Shown: positions 31,825-43,001 of the stretch, in pieces
Layout of the letters: each line of letters starts with the position of its first letter
Numbering within the stretch: position 1 is the stretch's first letter
DNA from: Tetramitus jugosus
Lineage: Eukaryota; Protista; Heterolobosea
Reading direction: 5' to 3'
Assembly: GCA_937625935.1 (NCBI GenBank)
Contig: OW569382.1
Coordinates: 1-64,000, forward strand
Length of the DNA stretch: 64,000 nucleotides
Program-made: the position numbers and the translations under genes
The notes under the pieces: model-generated
Told to the model about the DNA's origin: nothing
Database searches by the model: none
What the model saw: only the letters and a program-made list of their open reading frames with translations

Positions 31825-33696
31825 TCAGGTGCCAAAAGACGAATCATCCAGATGAGAGGTAGAGAACAAGTGGCTGTGTTGTTGGTTGAGAAGCTCGAGC
31901 TGGGCGTTGAGGGACTTCTCCAGATCCTCCTTGTGAACCACCTTTTCGACCAGACGTTTGTTGAGCTCTTCCAGATACCTGTTCCGCTTTTTAAGGCTGT
32001 CACAACCGTTTACGAGGTAAATGTTCTTCTTCTTCAATGCTTCGAACTTTTTGTTCCTTGTTATTTGTTTCTCCTTCATTTGATCCATTATATCTTTCAG
32101 TTTGGAATTTTCGGATTGAACTTGATATAGACTCTGTACTTTCTTCCGTTCTTCATTCAGTTCCATGTTGAGCCTGTTATTGAGCTGTTCGTACATTTTA
32201 TCGTTGAATGAGCTTGAAACGGTGTTCTGCTCGAGCTCCAATATCTTTTTTCTCAATGTTTCAATCAGCTTTTCTTTTTCCTGAGTCCTCCGGTCTGATG
32301 CAATCTGAATTTGCTTCTCCTTGTCAGCAGTCATCTGCTCACGAAGTTTCTTTAGATCGTCATTTCGTTGTCTTTTCACTTCTTCAACCTCAGACTTCTT
32401 AGCTGAGAGCTGTTGTTGTAGTTCGGCCATTTCTGTTTCCATCTGTTGTTTAAAGTGCAGTTGCTGTTGCGATAGATATCTCAAGTTTGCTTCGTGCTTC
32501 TTCGCCAGAGTGCTCTTTAATTCCTCCATTTCTACATCTTTTTGAGCAAGTACTCTCTGCTTCTCCATCTCAATTTGCTCTTTTATCTGCTTTACTTTCT
32601 CAGAGTACTCTGAGTTTTGCTTACTCCGAGTCTCATGATCTTCGCACCGCTTCTGTAGCTGAGCAATCTTCTCTTCTCTTTCGTGCATCAACTGATCGTT
32701 CCGGGCCATCTTACTGCGTAAAGTTTGAAGTTCTTCTCGAAGCTTATTGTTTTCTAAAGACCGTGTTTTGAGCATTGTCGTCGAATTTGAGTTCTCATCG
32801 ATCAATCGTTCCATTTCCTTGCTCTCCACACTCTCATTCAACTCCCTCTCCTTTTTCAATCTCTCGACTTGGCTCCTCGAATGTTCATACTTTTGAACAA
32901 TATCCTCTTTGTCTTTCAATGACTTTTCCAACTGTATCGACTTGTGTTGCAACAATTGTCCTCTCAACAAATCTAAACTAATACCGTTTGATTCACCATT
33001 CTTGCTTCTAAGTAAATGTATCTCTTCCTTCATATTTTCTATTTCCTGTGCCAATTGATGATTCGATCGCTTTAATTTATACAAATCTTCTCTTAGCTTA
33101 TCACATTCTTGTTCATATTGACGACACCGACGCGCACAAATATCATACGATCTCTTCAACTGACTGTTCAAATGATAAAGGGAATTTTGATCAGAGAATG
33201 GATGAATCTCCTCCATATGAGAACTTAGGGTTGTAGTTTCTAATGGACTAGTCTTGTTACCAGAGCTCACTGCACTCGTATTAATACTTGTTTGGGAGGT
33301 ACTACTTGGACTAGGTCCATTTGTCTTCAAAGGTGCAAACTCAACATGTTCCTTCTGATCCGTTTTGTTGTTTTGTTGTTGAATTGGTCTTCTGATGGGT
33401 GAGATTCGACGATTAGTAGTTGTAGTTGTGGTCGATGAGGAGAGTCTAGGTGGAGAAGATGGAGGAATGTGAGGAGTAGTTGAAGACGAGTGACTCATAT
33501 CACTGTATGCAAAATTCATACTATTGTTTCCACTACTACTTCCGTTCATACTATTGTTGATACTACTTGGGATACTGGGTATCATGTCGATTAATTGTCT
33601 TAGCTCTAGCTCTCGTTGCCTGTCATAGTACTGAAGCAACTGTTGCTGTTGAATTTGCTTGGAGTCATACTGAAGCGAAGTTAAATTGTTCATCAT
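31825..33696 (-). CDS. Long coiled-coil protein with S/P/T-rich N-terminus
   Basis: ~620 aa; E/K/Q-rich helical pattern over the C-terminal two thirds. Confidence 0.8.
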   Translation of the reverse strand: MMNNLTSLQYDSKQIQQQQLLQYYDRQRELELRQLIDMIPSIPSSINNSMNGSSSGNNSMNFAYSDMSHSSSTTPHIPPSSPPRLSSSTTTTTTNRRISPIRRPIQQQNNKTDQKEHVEFAPLKTNGPSPSSTSQTSINTSAVSSGNKTSPLETTTLSSHMEEIHPFSDQNSLYHLNSQLKRSYDICARRCRQYEQECDKLREDLYKLKRSNHQLAQEIENMKEEIHLLRSKNGESNGISLDLLRGQLLQHKSIQLEKSLKDKEDIVQKYEHSRSQVERLKKERELNESVESKEMERLIDENSNSTTMLKTRSLENNKLREELQTLRSKMARNDQLMHEREEKIAQLQKRCEDHETRSKQNSEYSEKVKQIKEQIEMEKQRVLAQKDVEMEELKSTLAKKHEANLRYLSQQQLHFKQQMETEMAELQQQLSAKKSEVEEVKRQRNDDLKKLREQMTADKEKQIQIASDRRTQEKEKLIETLRKKILELEQNTVSSSFNDKMYEQLNNRLNMELNEERKKVQSLYQVQSENSKLKDIMDQMKEKQITRNKKFEALKKKNIYLVNGCDSLKKRNRYLEELNKRLVEKVVHKEDLEKSLNAQLELLNQQHSHLFSTSHLDDSSFGT

Positions 33697-33872
33697 TTCT
33701 TGGCCGTTTTTTTGTTGTGGTGTGTGGCGCGGGGGAACAGGTTTGGCGCCAACCAATAACCGTACACTGATTTCAACGCCTGTCCTACTCCGGGGAAAAT
33801 GGCAAGTTCTAATTGAACAATGCACAAAAGGATGTTGATCTCTGTTTTTGCGCCAAAACACAAAAACTGTAA

Positions 33873-35108
33873 ATGATCAAAGCTTCTTCATTGTTGTTGC
33901 TCGTCGTGCTTTCACTCACGATTGCATGTTATGCAGTCCTAGCATCACAACAATTAGATTCCCTCATGTCAGAAAGCATCAACAACAAAAACTATTTGAT
34001 ACCAATCAATGATTATCAAATGTTTCAAAGGTATGTGTCATGATCTAGAAGAGAGGATAGAAAAATTGGACCACCATTTTTCGCATCATTATCATCACTT
34101 GACAAAAGCAAAAAACATTTTTTGACACGTCGATTTTTTTTGTAAAGTTCGATTGTGACGGAGAAATCTAAGCCTATTGTATTGCTGGTCACTGTTGGCC
34201 CTGATCGTGCTCAAGACTGTCCATACTGCAGTGTTTTCAAAAAGGTGATGCAAGAGGTTTCCAAGAGAGCTTACGCAGAAGACAAGAAAACTCCAGTTTA
34301 TTTCGCATCGGTTGAGTATTCTGCTGAGACTCAATTGATTGCAAGAGAATTGCAAATTGCTCAGGTACCCATGATTATGATTCTGAAACCAGGCAAGGCC
34401 AATCAACCAATCAAGTGTGATCTCTCCAAACAACAAGTGCACGAGTTTGTGCAGGAACATACGGGAGTGAACGTTGGTCTCTCAGAGGAAGAAATTGTGC
34501 AGATTATGATGAACGATGAGGGATTCAAGAAGGCAAGAAAGGAACAACAACAACAAGCAGGACAGCAACAACAACAACAGGGAGGACAAGCAGAGCAACA
34601 AACATCTCTGTCCTCATGGCTGAGACTAGGTTGGCAAATTGGTTTCATTAGCATGTTCGTCATATTGATTCTGTTCTGTTTGCCCTATCTGACCTCTATT
34701 CGACGATTTACTCTGCTCACAGTTGCATCCTGGATTATCTACGTGATTTGCCAGGGAGGAACCGTGTACAACATGATTCATAACACTGGTCCATTCCAGT
34801 ACAATCCATACACGGAACAGTTCACATTCCTCTATCCAGAGATGCGTTCTCAGTTCAGTCTCGAGGGATACTTTGCTACGGCTTGTATGGTGTTGGGTGG
34901 AGCATGTATTGTTGCAACTACTCAACTCGTGCCACTCGTCAAGAGCAATTATATGCGAAGATTACTGGCTCTATTTTTGGTCTGCATGTTCTGGCTTTGC
35001 TTTGGCACTGTATTTGTATTCTTCTCCTTGAAAATGAGTGGCTATATGCATGGATCTAACATGTACAGTTATGTTCAACTCGCTACAACCCTATTCGGTG
35101 GTAACTAA
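33873..35108 (+). CDS. Oligosaccharyltransferase subunit OST3/OST6 (TUSC3/MAGT1 family), 2 exons
   Basis: Signal peptide exon 33873-34030, intron 34031-34147, thioredoxin-like CPYC, GGTVYNMIH, SQFSLEG and 4 TM helices. Confidence 0.88.
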
Positions 35109-35164
35109 AGAATAATCAGTATTTATTTCACACAATCGACGCGCTCAACTTTTTGTTGCCATCA

Positions 35165-37897
35165 TCACTCTAGTTGGTTTGAATAGAATTGAGGAAAGAT
35201 TGGGACGAGGAATGGTTGACTTGGATTGAGATTCGATGGGGGATAATCGAACATGTTGTCATCTTCGTCACTTGCTTCTTCTGCGTTCTCCCGTATTGAA
35301 TGGTAGTTAGTGTTGGTTGAGGGAGTTGATGTTTCTTCATTGAAATTATCATCCTTGGGATACTCTTCTGATTGCGAGAAGTGTTGTATGCGAGTTGTGC
35401 TCTTTTGTGTCATAAATTGGAAATCATCTTGTGATAGAATGTGATCACTTCCTTGGGATTGATGCTTAGGCATAGGTTTGTTTGTGAAATTAAATACTGC
35501 CATATCTTCATCATCTTCGCTATTGTATTGGAACTGCCTCAGTCGATGTCTTTTGGGAATTTGATCCGCTTTCATCGACCAGTTAGACTCCTGGGAACTC
35601 TGAGTAGAACTATTCCGTTTTGTGTCTGAACCTTCTATAGATTGTGACCCCTCATTATGATTCTCCAGTTCCAGATCAAGAGGATCATCGAATTGGTCTA
35701 TCATATCGTTCTGAGCAGGAGACAACAGTTCATCTCCTGCATCAGATGTTTTATCCATATCTTCATGATTGAACTCGATTTCCATATTCTGTGCCGGTTC
35801 TGGCCTTTTTGTTTGCTTCGATGATTCTTCGAAGGTGTACTCAGCATTTACCTCCAAGGCATCTGAAGATTGTAAATCCGTAACGAAGTTAAAATTACTT
35901 GTTGGATCATCCGCTGTGAACTTGAGATGGGTTATCGATTCGATAGTATGACCAGGCTCACTGAAGCTAAATCTCTCCACATGTCGAGAACTAGTTTCTT
36001 CTTGATGAATAACTTCAGACATTGGTTGGTCTGATTCGCTTTTATCGAAGTGCTCCTCATGTGACATAATTGGTTCTTCGGGAGCGATTGAATCATCAAT
36101 TCGCTGAATCTTCTTCAGTTCATTATCTTCTCCTTGATTTTCATCTCGTTGTCGTTTCTTACTCTTCTTCGAAAGATGATCCTCTCTCGATTCATCCTTC
36201 AAGTCTGATTTGTTAGGGTGGTCAATGACTTCCTGGTGTGCTGACCCACTGGCTTCTCGACCTGTACAAATAGGACTACCATCATTGGTTGAACTCTTTT
36301 CAAAAGGTAAATTCTGCCGACTACCAACCACAAAATGTTTCGGCGTAACTGGTAGTTCTAACTCTCCCCTTTCTTCGCAACTTGTATACCTCCGTATCGC
36401 TCTGTTTCTTCTCTTCTCAGCAAGAACGAACTGATTGATTGTTCCCAGCTCGAAAGACCCAATCGTCATAAAACACTTAGGGCACTGTTTGCGACAGTTC
36501 CGACTACCCACACATCGATGCAGACAAGATAAGTGAAACACATGTTGACAAACCTCCAATTCGTGGATTGATGAACCGTCGTATAAATCCAGCAAACATA
36601 TTCCACAATCTGTGTCTTTGTAAATCTCTGATAGAGACTTTGGTATCTCGTTAATATTGATCCCTAGAATGTCTACACTCTGAACAGGAGCAATTTCCTC
36701 AGATATCGCTGTTGATTGGCTTGTTACTACTGCAGAGGGAACATTTGTGATATGTGGTACTGCCACTGACGACGATTTCCTGGACGAAGATGACGACCTG
36801 TTGGTTTTCTCTTTAAAAGTTGTTGCACAACCTGTTTTGAGCTCACAACTCGGACACACAAACTTGTCTATCTTCTTGGATTGAACTCTGGTGATTGAAA
36901 CACATCTACCGTGCCACCACTCATCACACAAATCACAGGCAATCATCCAGCCGGCACTTGCAGGCTTACGGCAACTACAGTAAAGAATGGTGTCATCCTC
37001 GTCATCTTGTCTAGAAGTACTTTGGGTTTTCTCGACCGAATTGGACTGATTGGTGAGTTGCGACTTCTTTTCAAAATGGTCATAAGGACGGGAGTGGGAG
37101 GCACCATCAGCTGCCGACGCGTCATCCACCAATCTTTGGACAAACAACTCACCCATTGCTCTAGAGTGGTCATCCAACAGCAAAGATGGTTCTTGTGCAA
37201 AATTAAGGATAGTGGAAGAATCTACATTGAATTCAGTGGTTGGTTTGGATTTTTCAACTTGGGGTGATGCCACCGTCGAGCTTTGGTTGTCCGAGGAGTG
37301 TCCACTCGAAGGAGAAGTATCAATGGCGGTGTCCGTTGTAGTTCTACAGTAGTCCGATGTAGAAACAAATGAAATCGAATTTTGGTCGCTGGAAGAAGAC
37401 TTAAGGACCAAAGAACCGTTAATGAGCGACGAGTCGTCATCCTCTGAGCGTAGATCGTGAACTGTGCGTGTTTCGGAGAATGGAAAAAAAGCCAAGGGGG
37501 AGACTCCTGCCTCTTTGGGCATCAAGACAAAAAAGTCTTAGCGAACGGATCAAACATCAAAACAAAAATATTCACTGGCTTCCAGGCTGGATGTGGAAAA
37601 TCATGTTGCGTGACAGAATAGTAGCTGCATACCTTGTTGTGACAGAGTGAGATTAGGTGACTTGTGAATACTTTGCAAGACGAGCTGCACGAGATTGGCA
37701 CCAGTGTCTTGCACGACTCTCCACTGCTTGTTGTGTGAAGCTCCAGAGTGAAGTTTTGGAGATAATCGTTGCCTATTGAGTCTCACATTCTGCAAGTGAT
37801 CACTCCAATGAAGCAAGAAGGAAACGATTTGAGACAAGTCTTTGCAAAGAGCCCCCTTCTTCTGCTTCAGGAGTTGTTCTCTGGGTAGTGGAGGCAT
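35165..37897 (-). CDS. PHD finger plus RING-H2 protein
   Basis: YCSCRKP..MIACDLCDEWWHGRCV..FVCPSC (PHD); CGICL..CQHVFHLSCL..CPKC (RING-H2). Start is either ATG 37522 or an upstream exon 37897-37633 via in-frame intron 37513-37632. Confidence 0.82.
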
Positions 37898-38808
37898 GAT
37901 TTGTAGCTCTTCACTGTCTATTGAGAGATTTTCACGTGTCAATGAGACGTTTTTGGTCAAATTGTTGTTGAAAAAAGAATACAAAAAAATGAGTAAAGCC
38001 CTTAAGTTAGGTACCTAGTGGACAGTCCTCAAAAAGAGACTCATCACATTCAATCAGATCAGTTTGAAGAACTGTAGTAGGTGTGGAGTTCGTCATTTGG
38101 AAGAAGAAATACACCAGAGCTAGTATCTCAAAAAAAATCTGAAAGTTTGTGTTTTTCCTCGCAAAAGCGATGGTGTCCTAATCGTAGTTGTCTGTGTGAC
38201 GCAATCGGCCGAAAAGTACGGAGGGGACCACGATCACATCCCCCTAGCAGGAGATTTTTGTAGTACTTTGGAACTTATGAGTCCGTTTCGCCCTTCCTCG
38301 AGTTCCCCATTTACTTTCCCAGTCGAGGAAGAAGCCTTGGGACGTGGTTTGGCACCAGGACTTTGTTTAAACTCCCACCAACCCCTTCATCAGTACCGAA
38401 CAAACCACAACAACAATTGTCGTTGCCTTGCACCTCTCTCTTCACTTTATCTTCACAACTGGTTGTTGGATTCGTTCTTCTTGTGTGTCTTCGTTTGGTT
38501 GTACGGTCTCTTTGCTCTGAAAGAAACCTTCATTCGAAACAACAATATTTTCCAGCTCATTCGCCAAATCCTAAAAACATCCGTCACCAATCATCAATAC
38601 CGTACCAACTCTGGGTACCTAAACCAAACAAACACCACGAAACCAAGGCACTTGGCGCAACTCGACCTTTTGGTACTACCAAAAAATACGCAAGAGGTCT
38701 CCACACTCGTATTTAACAATCTGCAACCCACACCACCAGCCAAAAGTTCGAAGCAGAAGCAGCAGACAACAACCAACCACTACAGTTGTTTCTCCGCCAT
38801 TCTCAGCA

Positions 38809-39840
38809 ATGATAGCAATGAATCCTTGCACCATGATCCACGATGATAATCCAGGATTCTTCTCCATGAACTATGATCACTTTGTGTGCAATGACTTTGA
38901 AGAGCAGTGTCAATTCTTGGAACATGCTCAACAGTTCTGGGCACCTCAACCTCCCTCACTCTCATTCTCACAACTGCCTTCCTTCTCATCATTATCACCA
39001 AGTCCACTCCCATTGGATCATAAGAATCATCACAAAAATCATCTCAACGACAACAATACAATAATAACAACAGCAAACAGCACTGAACAACAACAAAATC
39101 ATCAGTTGATTGCATTTCGTTGTGAGCGATCACTTCACCAACAACTAGATGAAGAGATCATACCCAGCTTTAGATTTGTTCATCAACAAGCGAAAGCTAA
39201 AGCTTCAGTGCCCTTTTATGGAGCTTCTACTCGTTATCGTCAGCATCAGCCTGAACATGATGAACTTCCTCATAGCCACAACATTGACCTTTCTCACAAC
39301 CCCATGACTGACTGTTTCGATGAATTGTTTGGCGGCGACGACAACGACGAGAACATGTTGAGCGATAACTTTTTTTATTTTGGTAATAGTGTTGATCCTT
39401 CAACAACTGTGATCGCAGCAAACAATAATGATCATTTTACTCAGTACATGACATCGAAACCACACCACCAACGGCAGCAACAACAACAACAATTGAATCA
39501 ATCAGATAATAATAATAACATGATTGTTCATCAATCTGTATCAACTCCTATTCGCTTCGACCTACTTTTTGCTCCTCCAACAACAACAACAACAACAACA
39601 ACTCACTCTCATGATAATAGTCATAGCTCTCATCATCATCATCATCATGACTTTCCCATGATTAACAAAGACTTCTCTTTCCCAAGACCTCCCTCTGTAC
39701 CAACAACGATATCTTATCATGAACAACATCAGTTACAACCAACAAATGGGTTGACTGATCAGTTATATAATAATAATAACGATAATCCCAAAGTACAGCA
39801 ACAGTGGAACATGGAGAACAATCATGGCGATATCCGGTGA
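38809..39840 (+). CDS. Low-complexity N/Q/H-rich hypothetical protein
   Basis: 343 aa open frame with poly-Q, N, T and H tracts typical of this genome; no recognisable domain. Confidence 0.55.
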   Translation: MIAMNPCTMIHDDNPGFFSMNYDHFVCNDFEEQCQFLEHAQQFWAPQPPSLSFSQLPSFSSLSPSPLPLDHKNHHKNHLNDNNTIITTANSTEQQQNHQLIAFRCERSLHQQLDEEIIPSFRFVHQQAKAKASVPFYGASTRYRQHQPEHDELPHSHNIDLSHNPMTDCFDELFGGDDNDENMLSDNFFYFGNSVDPSTTVIAANNNDHFTQYMTSKPHHQRQQQQQQLNQSDNNNNMIVHQSVSTPIRFDLLFAPPTTTTTTTTHSHDNSHSSHHHHHHDFPMINKDFSFPRPPSVPTTISYHEQHQLQPTNGLTDQLYNNNNDNPKVQQQWNMENNHGDIR

Positions 39841-40425
39841 CATCACTTTGGTTATCCCAGGCCGAAAAAAAAGATACGGCTCATCTAGTTCTTTATGTGG
39901 TGAATCGTCATCGTATGTCAGCTTTGTCAGCTGTCATCAAGAATCGCGCGTTTTTTGTGCAAGCTTTTTTCACACACTGGTGATCTGAGTATTTTTGGCG
40001 AGAGATTATTCTGTGGGGGGAGCATTAAACACACAATTTTGCTGATTGCGAATTTGCTTTGTTTCTTCCTTTTCAATTCCTTTGATACCTTAATACACCA
40101 ATGACACACTCCAAACAGAAACAATGATCAGCACAAGAAGAAAGCGAAGTCGTGTTGCCATATGGCACCACACAACATTATTATTAATAAAGATTCCAAT
40201 TTACCTACATTGATTCAGTCAATCAAGGTTCAGAAGAAATTGATTTTGTATTGTCCATGACATTTTGTTTATTTGAGAGGAAAATCTTTTTGCTGTGGTG
40301 CTCGTTGGTTGAGCTATTCAAACTTCTCGGATGCATCATTTATCTGTCTTCTTTTCAGTCTTCAACAGACTTCAATAGCACAGAGAGAAAGACGAAGAAA
40401 GCTTTGAACTCAAGCAAGCATATGC

Positions 40426-40728
40426 TTAACAACGGCAAGATGCCCATCCAGTGGCACGGTCCTTGGAGCAATTGCATCCCTTTCTGAAGCAAGGTTCACA
40501 ACTTTCCATGGTGGCAGTATCAGAGTGTACCATTGGGCGGAAGACTGGCTTTTGAATTGGGAATCGCTTGAAAGAGAGGTCGGAGAAACTTGCGTTCAGG
40601 CAGGCGTCGACACATCTGCCAATTTGGTATTTTCCAGTGTAGCGTGCGCGGCACTTGGAGGCACAGGAGGACTCGGCAGAGGCAACAAAGGCAATGAGCA
40701 ATAGGATGAGAACAATAAAGTATTTCAT
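40426..40728 (-). CDS. Small secreted cysteine-rich protein (100 aa)
   Basis: Signal peptide MKYFIVLILLLIAFVASA; 10 Cys in two modules. Confidence 0.8.
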   Translation of the reverse strand: MKYFIVLILLLIAFVASAESSCASKCRARYTGKYQIGRCVDACLNASFSDLSFKRFPIQKPVFRPMVHSDTATMESCEPCFRKGCNCSKDRATGWASCRC

Positions 40729-41049
40729 GTTAGTAGTTGTAGTATGGGTGTGAGATGTTTTTGTTTTGTTGATTGAGATTGAAAGAATTTGACTGACGTT
40801 CAATCACACGGACGGTGGCGAACACGGGGGAAGGAACACGGCAAAACAGGGAGAATATCTTGCGCCGCCAAAACTTGATTGGGTCATGGCAACAAATACA
40901 ACAACAGTCAACTGACATCAATTTTGTGGTTCTCTGCGCTTTGTTTCCCTCAACAATGAAGGAAGGTTGTGTGGCTTTTTCGTACAACCACCCCCTGCTG
41001 CTCACTTGAGTGCCTGTTGTTTCAGCTTCACCAAAGCTCGTGAACAACG

Positions 41050-41655
41050 ATCCTGGTCGCTCTTTTTATGGTTTTTCGGTAATATTGGGACTTAATATCC
41101 GATTTACTTGTAAGTAGAGGTCCATTACTTCTGTTTCTCTTGGGTAGAAGTGAACTGTGTGACGGAGGATAGTGAGATCATGTCCTCACTTTAACTGCAA
41201 ATTACCTCCTGCTGGGTTAGCCAAACTTGGTTTTAATACAACCATTTCCGCACTGCTTGTTAGTAACGCTTGCATTGTTGTTTCGCTTTTGTTGTGGAGA
41301 AGAGGTGAAGGAGAGTCGTGAGACATCTCCGTTTCACTCCATTCACATAATTCTTGCTTTTTTCGGCCACTGCTACTTTGACTCCATCGGCTACTAAGTT
41401 GGAGATATCTTCGATGACTCTCGTTTCGATGCGTTACTGTACACCGCTTTTTTTTAATACAACCATTGCAGTTGCTCTTTTTATTGTCTTTCGTTTACAT
41501 TAGCCAACGGTCGCAGAGCGTTGGCCCTGGTAATCTGTACCTTATTTCACAAGAGCGTCATTGCTTCTGTTTCTCTTTGGTTGACGTGAACAGTTGATGG
41601 AGTGTCGTGAGGCATCTCCGCTTCACACTGTAACCCCGTCCCTACCAACATACAT
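41050..41655 (+). ncRNA. Candidate cluster of related structured small RNAs (H/ACA sno/scaRNA-like)
   Basis: ORF-free; three pairs of duplicated motifs, GUGA/UGAG-loop hairpins and ACA-NNN boxes after hairpins. Confidence 0.4.
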
Positions 41656-41854
41656 CAACACCGTTTGGTGTACTAGAATGATATGTTTGTCAACGGCAGG
41701 AACAATTGCTTGTTGTTCTCTTCCCGCCCAACATTTCCGTTAGAAGTTTGAGCGCCAAAAATTAATTACGAAAGCGCCAAATTCTGGGAAGAAACTCTCT
41801 TTCTTGGCTCTCGAAAAACTGTCTGAACTCTGATAAAACAAAGAAAGATCAAGG

Positions 41855-42235
41855 ATGTCTGAAAATCTGCTAGGAACATTCATCTCCAAAGAATATCCTC
41901 TCAAGAAAGTGTTGAGAATAGTTTCCAATGAAGCTGTTCTGGTTGTTAGGCTCAACAATGAGGTCACACCCAAGCTAAACCTCCTTGAAATTAAAGCACA
42001 AATATTGGAAGAAGAAAAACTTGTGAAACACCTCCAAAAACAAGAGCAAGAGTTAGAAGCAGCTAAGAAAGAATTGGAGAGAGCAAGATCTTTGCTCGAA
42101 CATCAAGACACAGAGATAGCCCGTCTTGAAGCCATGATTTTCTTAGAGCCTGACCTGAATGCTTCTACCATGAGTGATGTGGGTCTCAATACATCTAGTG
42201 GCTCCGAAACGAGTGATACTCTTTCTGGATCTTAG
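41855..42235 (+). CDS. Small coiled-coil hypothetical protein
   Basis: 126 aa ATG-initiated ORF with E/K/Q-rich helix; GCGCCAAA motifs upstream. Confidence 0.55.
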   Translation: MSENLLGTFISKEYPLKKVLRIVSNEAVLVVRLNNEVTPKLNLLEIKAQILEEEKLVKHLQKQEQELEAAKKELERARSLLEHQDTEIARLEAMIFLEPDLNASTMSDVGLNTSSGSETSDTLSGS

Positions 42236-43001
42236 AGCAGCCAAAACTATTGTTCATGCAGCTATGAATTGACATGGCACATTTCAGAAGATGGATCTTT
42301 CGTGTTTGTTCAATAAACTATCTTCCCTCATTGAAGTAGGAAGCTTATTTTCGTTTCAATCATACTTGCACTACATAATTGTGAAGGTGCAAGTTGAATT
42401 GCAATCCTGGCGACAAACTTTTTATCGCCCTCATCTCCCTTGTTCTTCTCATTGGATTGAGACACCAGATAGCGAAGAGCTAGACAAATTATCCTTACCA
42501 AAGAACTTCTCGTCAATTCATCCACTTGTGGCACCATAGTTTGATTCTTGTTGTTGTTGCTGCTGTTGTTTCTGACTACCTTATCCGAGTAGTTCAATCC
42601 TTGAAGACAATAGAACCAACCCGCTCCAGACGCGACACATTTTACTACTTACGTACGGATACACTCTCACGATAAAATAGTGAAGACAATACGATGCAGC
42701 AGTGGGATGACTGCATCCGAGCGTCCCAAGGACGATCTGGGAAACTAAAAGAAAGGAGGACAGAGCTGCCGTGCCGGAAAAGAAAGGAAGAACAGATGAG
42801 AGCAGTGCGAAACGGAGGAGTCTCACGACCCTCCTTCATCTGTTCACCACAACAAAAGTCAAACAGAAATGAAGTTCTGCGAAGAGATATGCGGCGAAAA
42901 TTGCGAACTACAGTTCGTGCGGCGTTTGATGAATTTGTCTCACGTGATGAGCATGTTTTGCAAAGAAACCCTCTATCGCATCAAAAACACACCATTACCT
43001 A

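Noticed and set aside
38196-38846. 216-aa ORF
   Set aside because: Non-ATG start, no domain, overlaps the next ORF; probably 5' UTR/promoter.
41315-41325. GTCGTGAGACA match to an LSU rRNA helix
   Set aside because: Only 11 nt with no flanking rRNA similarity; treated as a generic GNRA hairpin.
42328-42597. Possible cyclin U/PHO80-like N-terminal fragment
   Set aside because: Resemblance is weak and no cyclin box follows.
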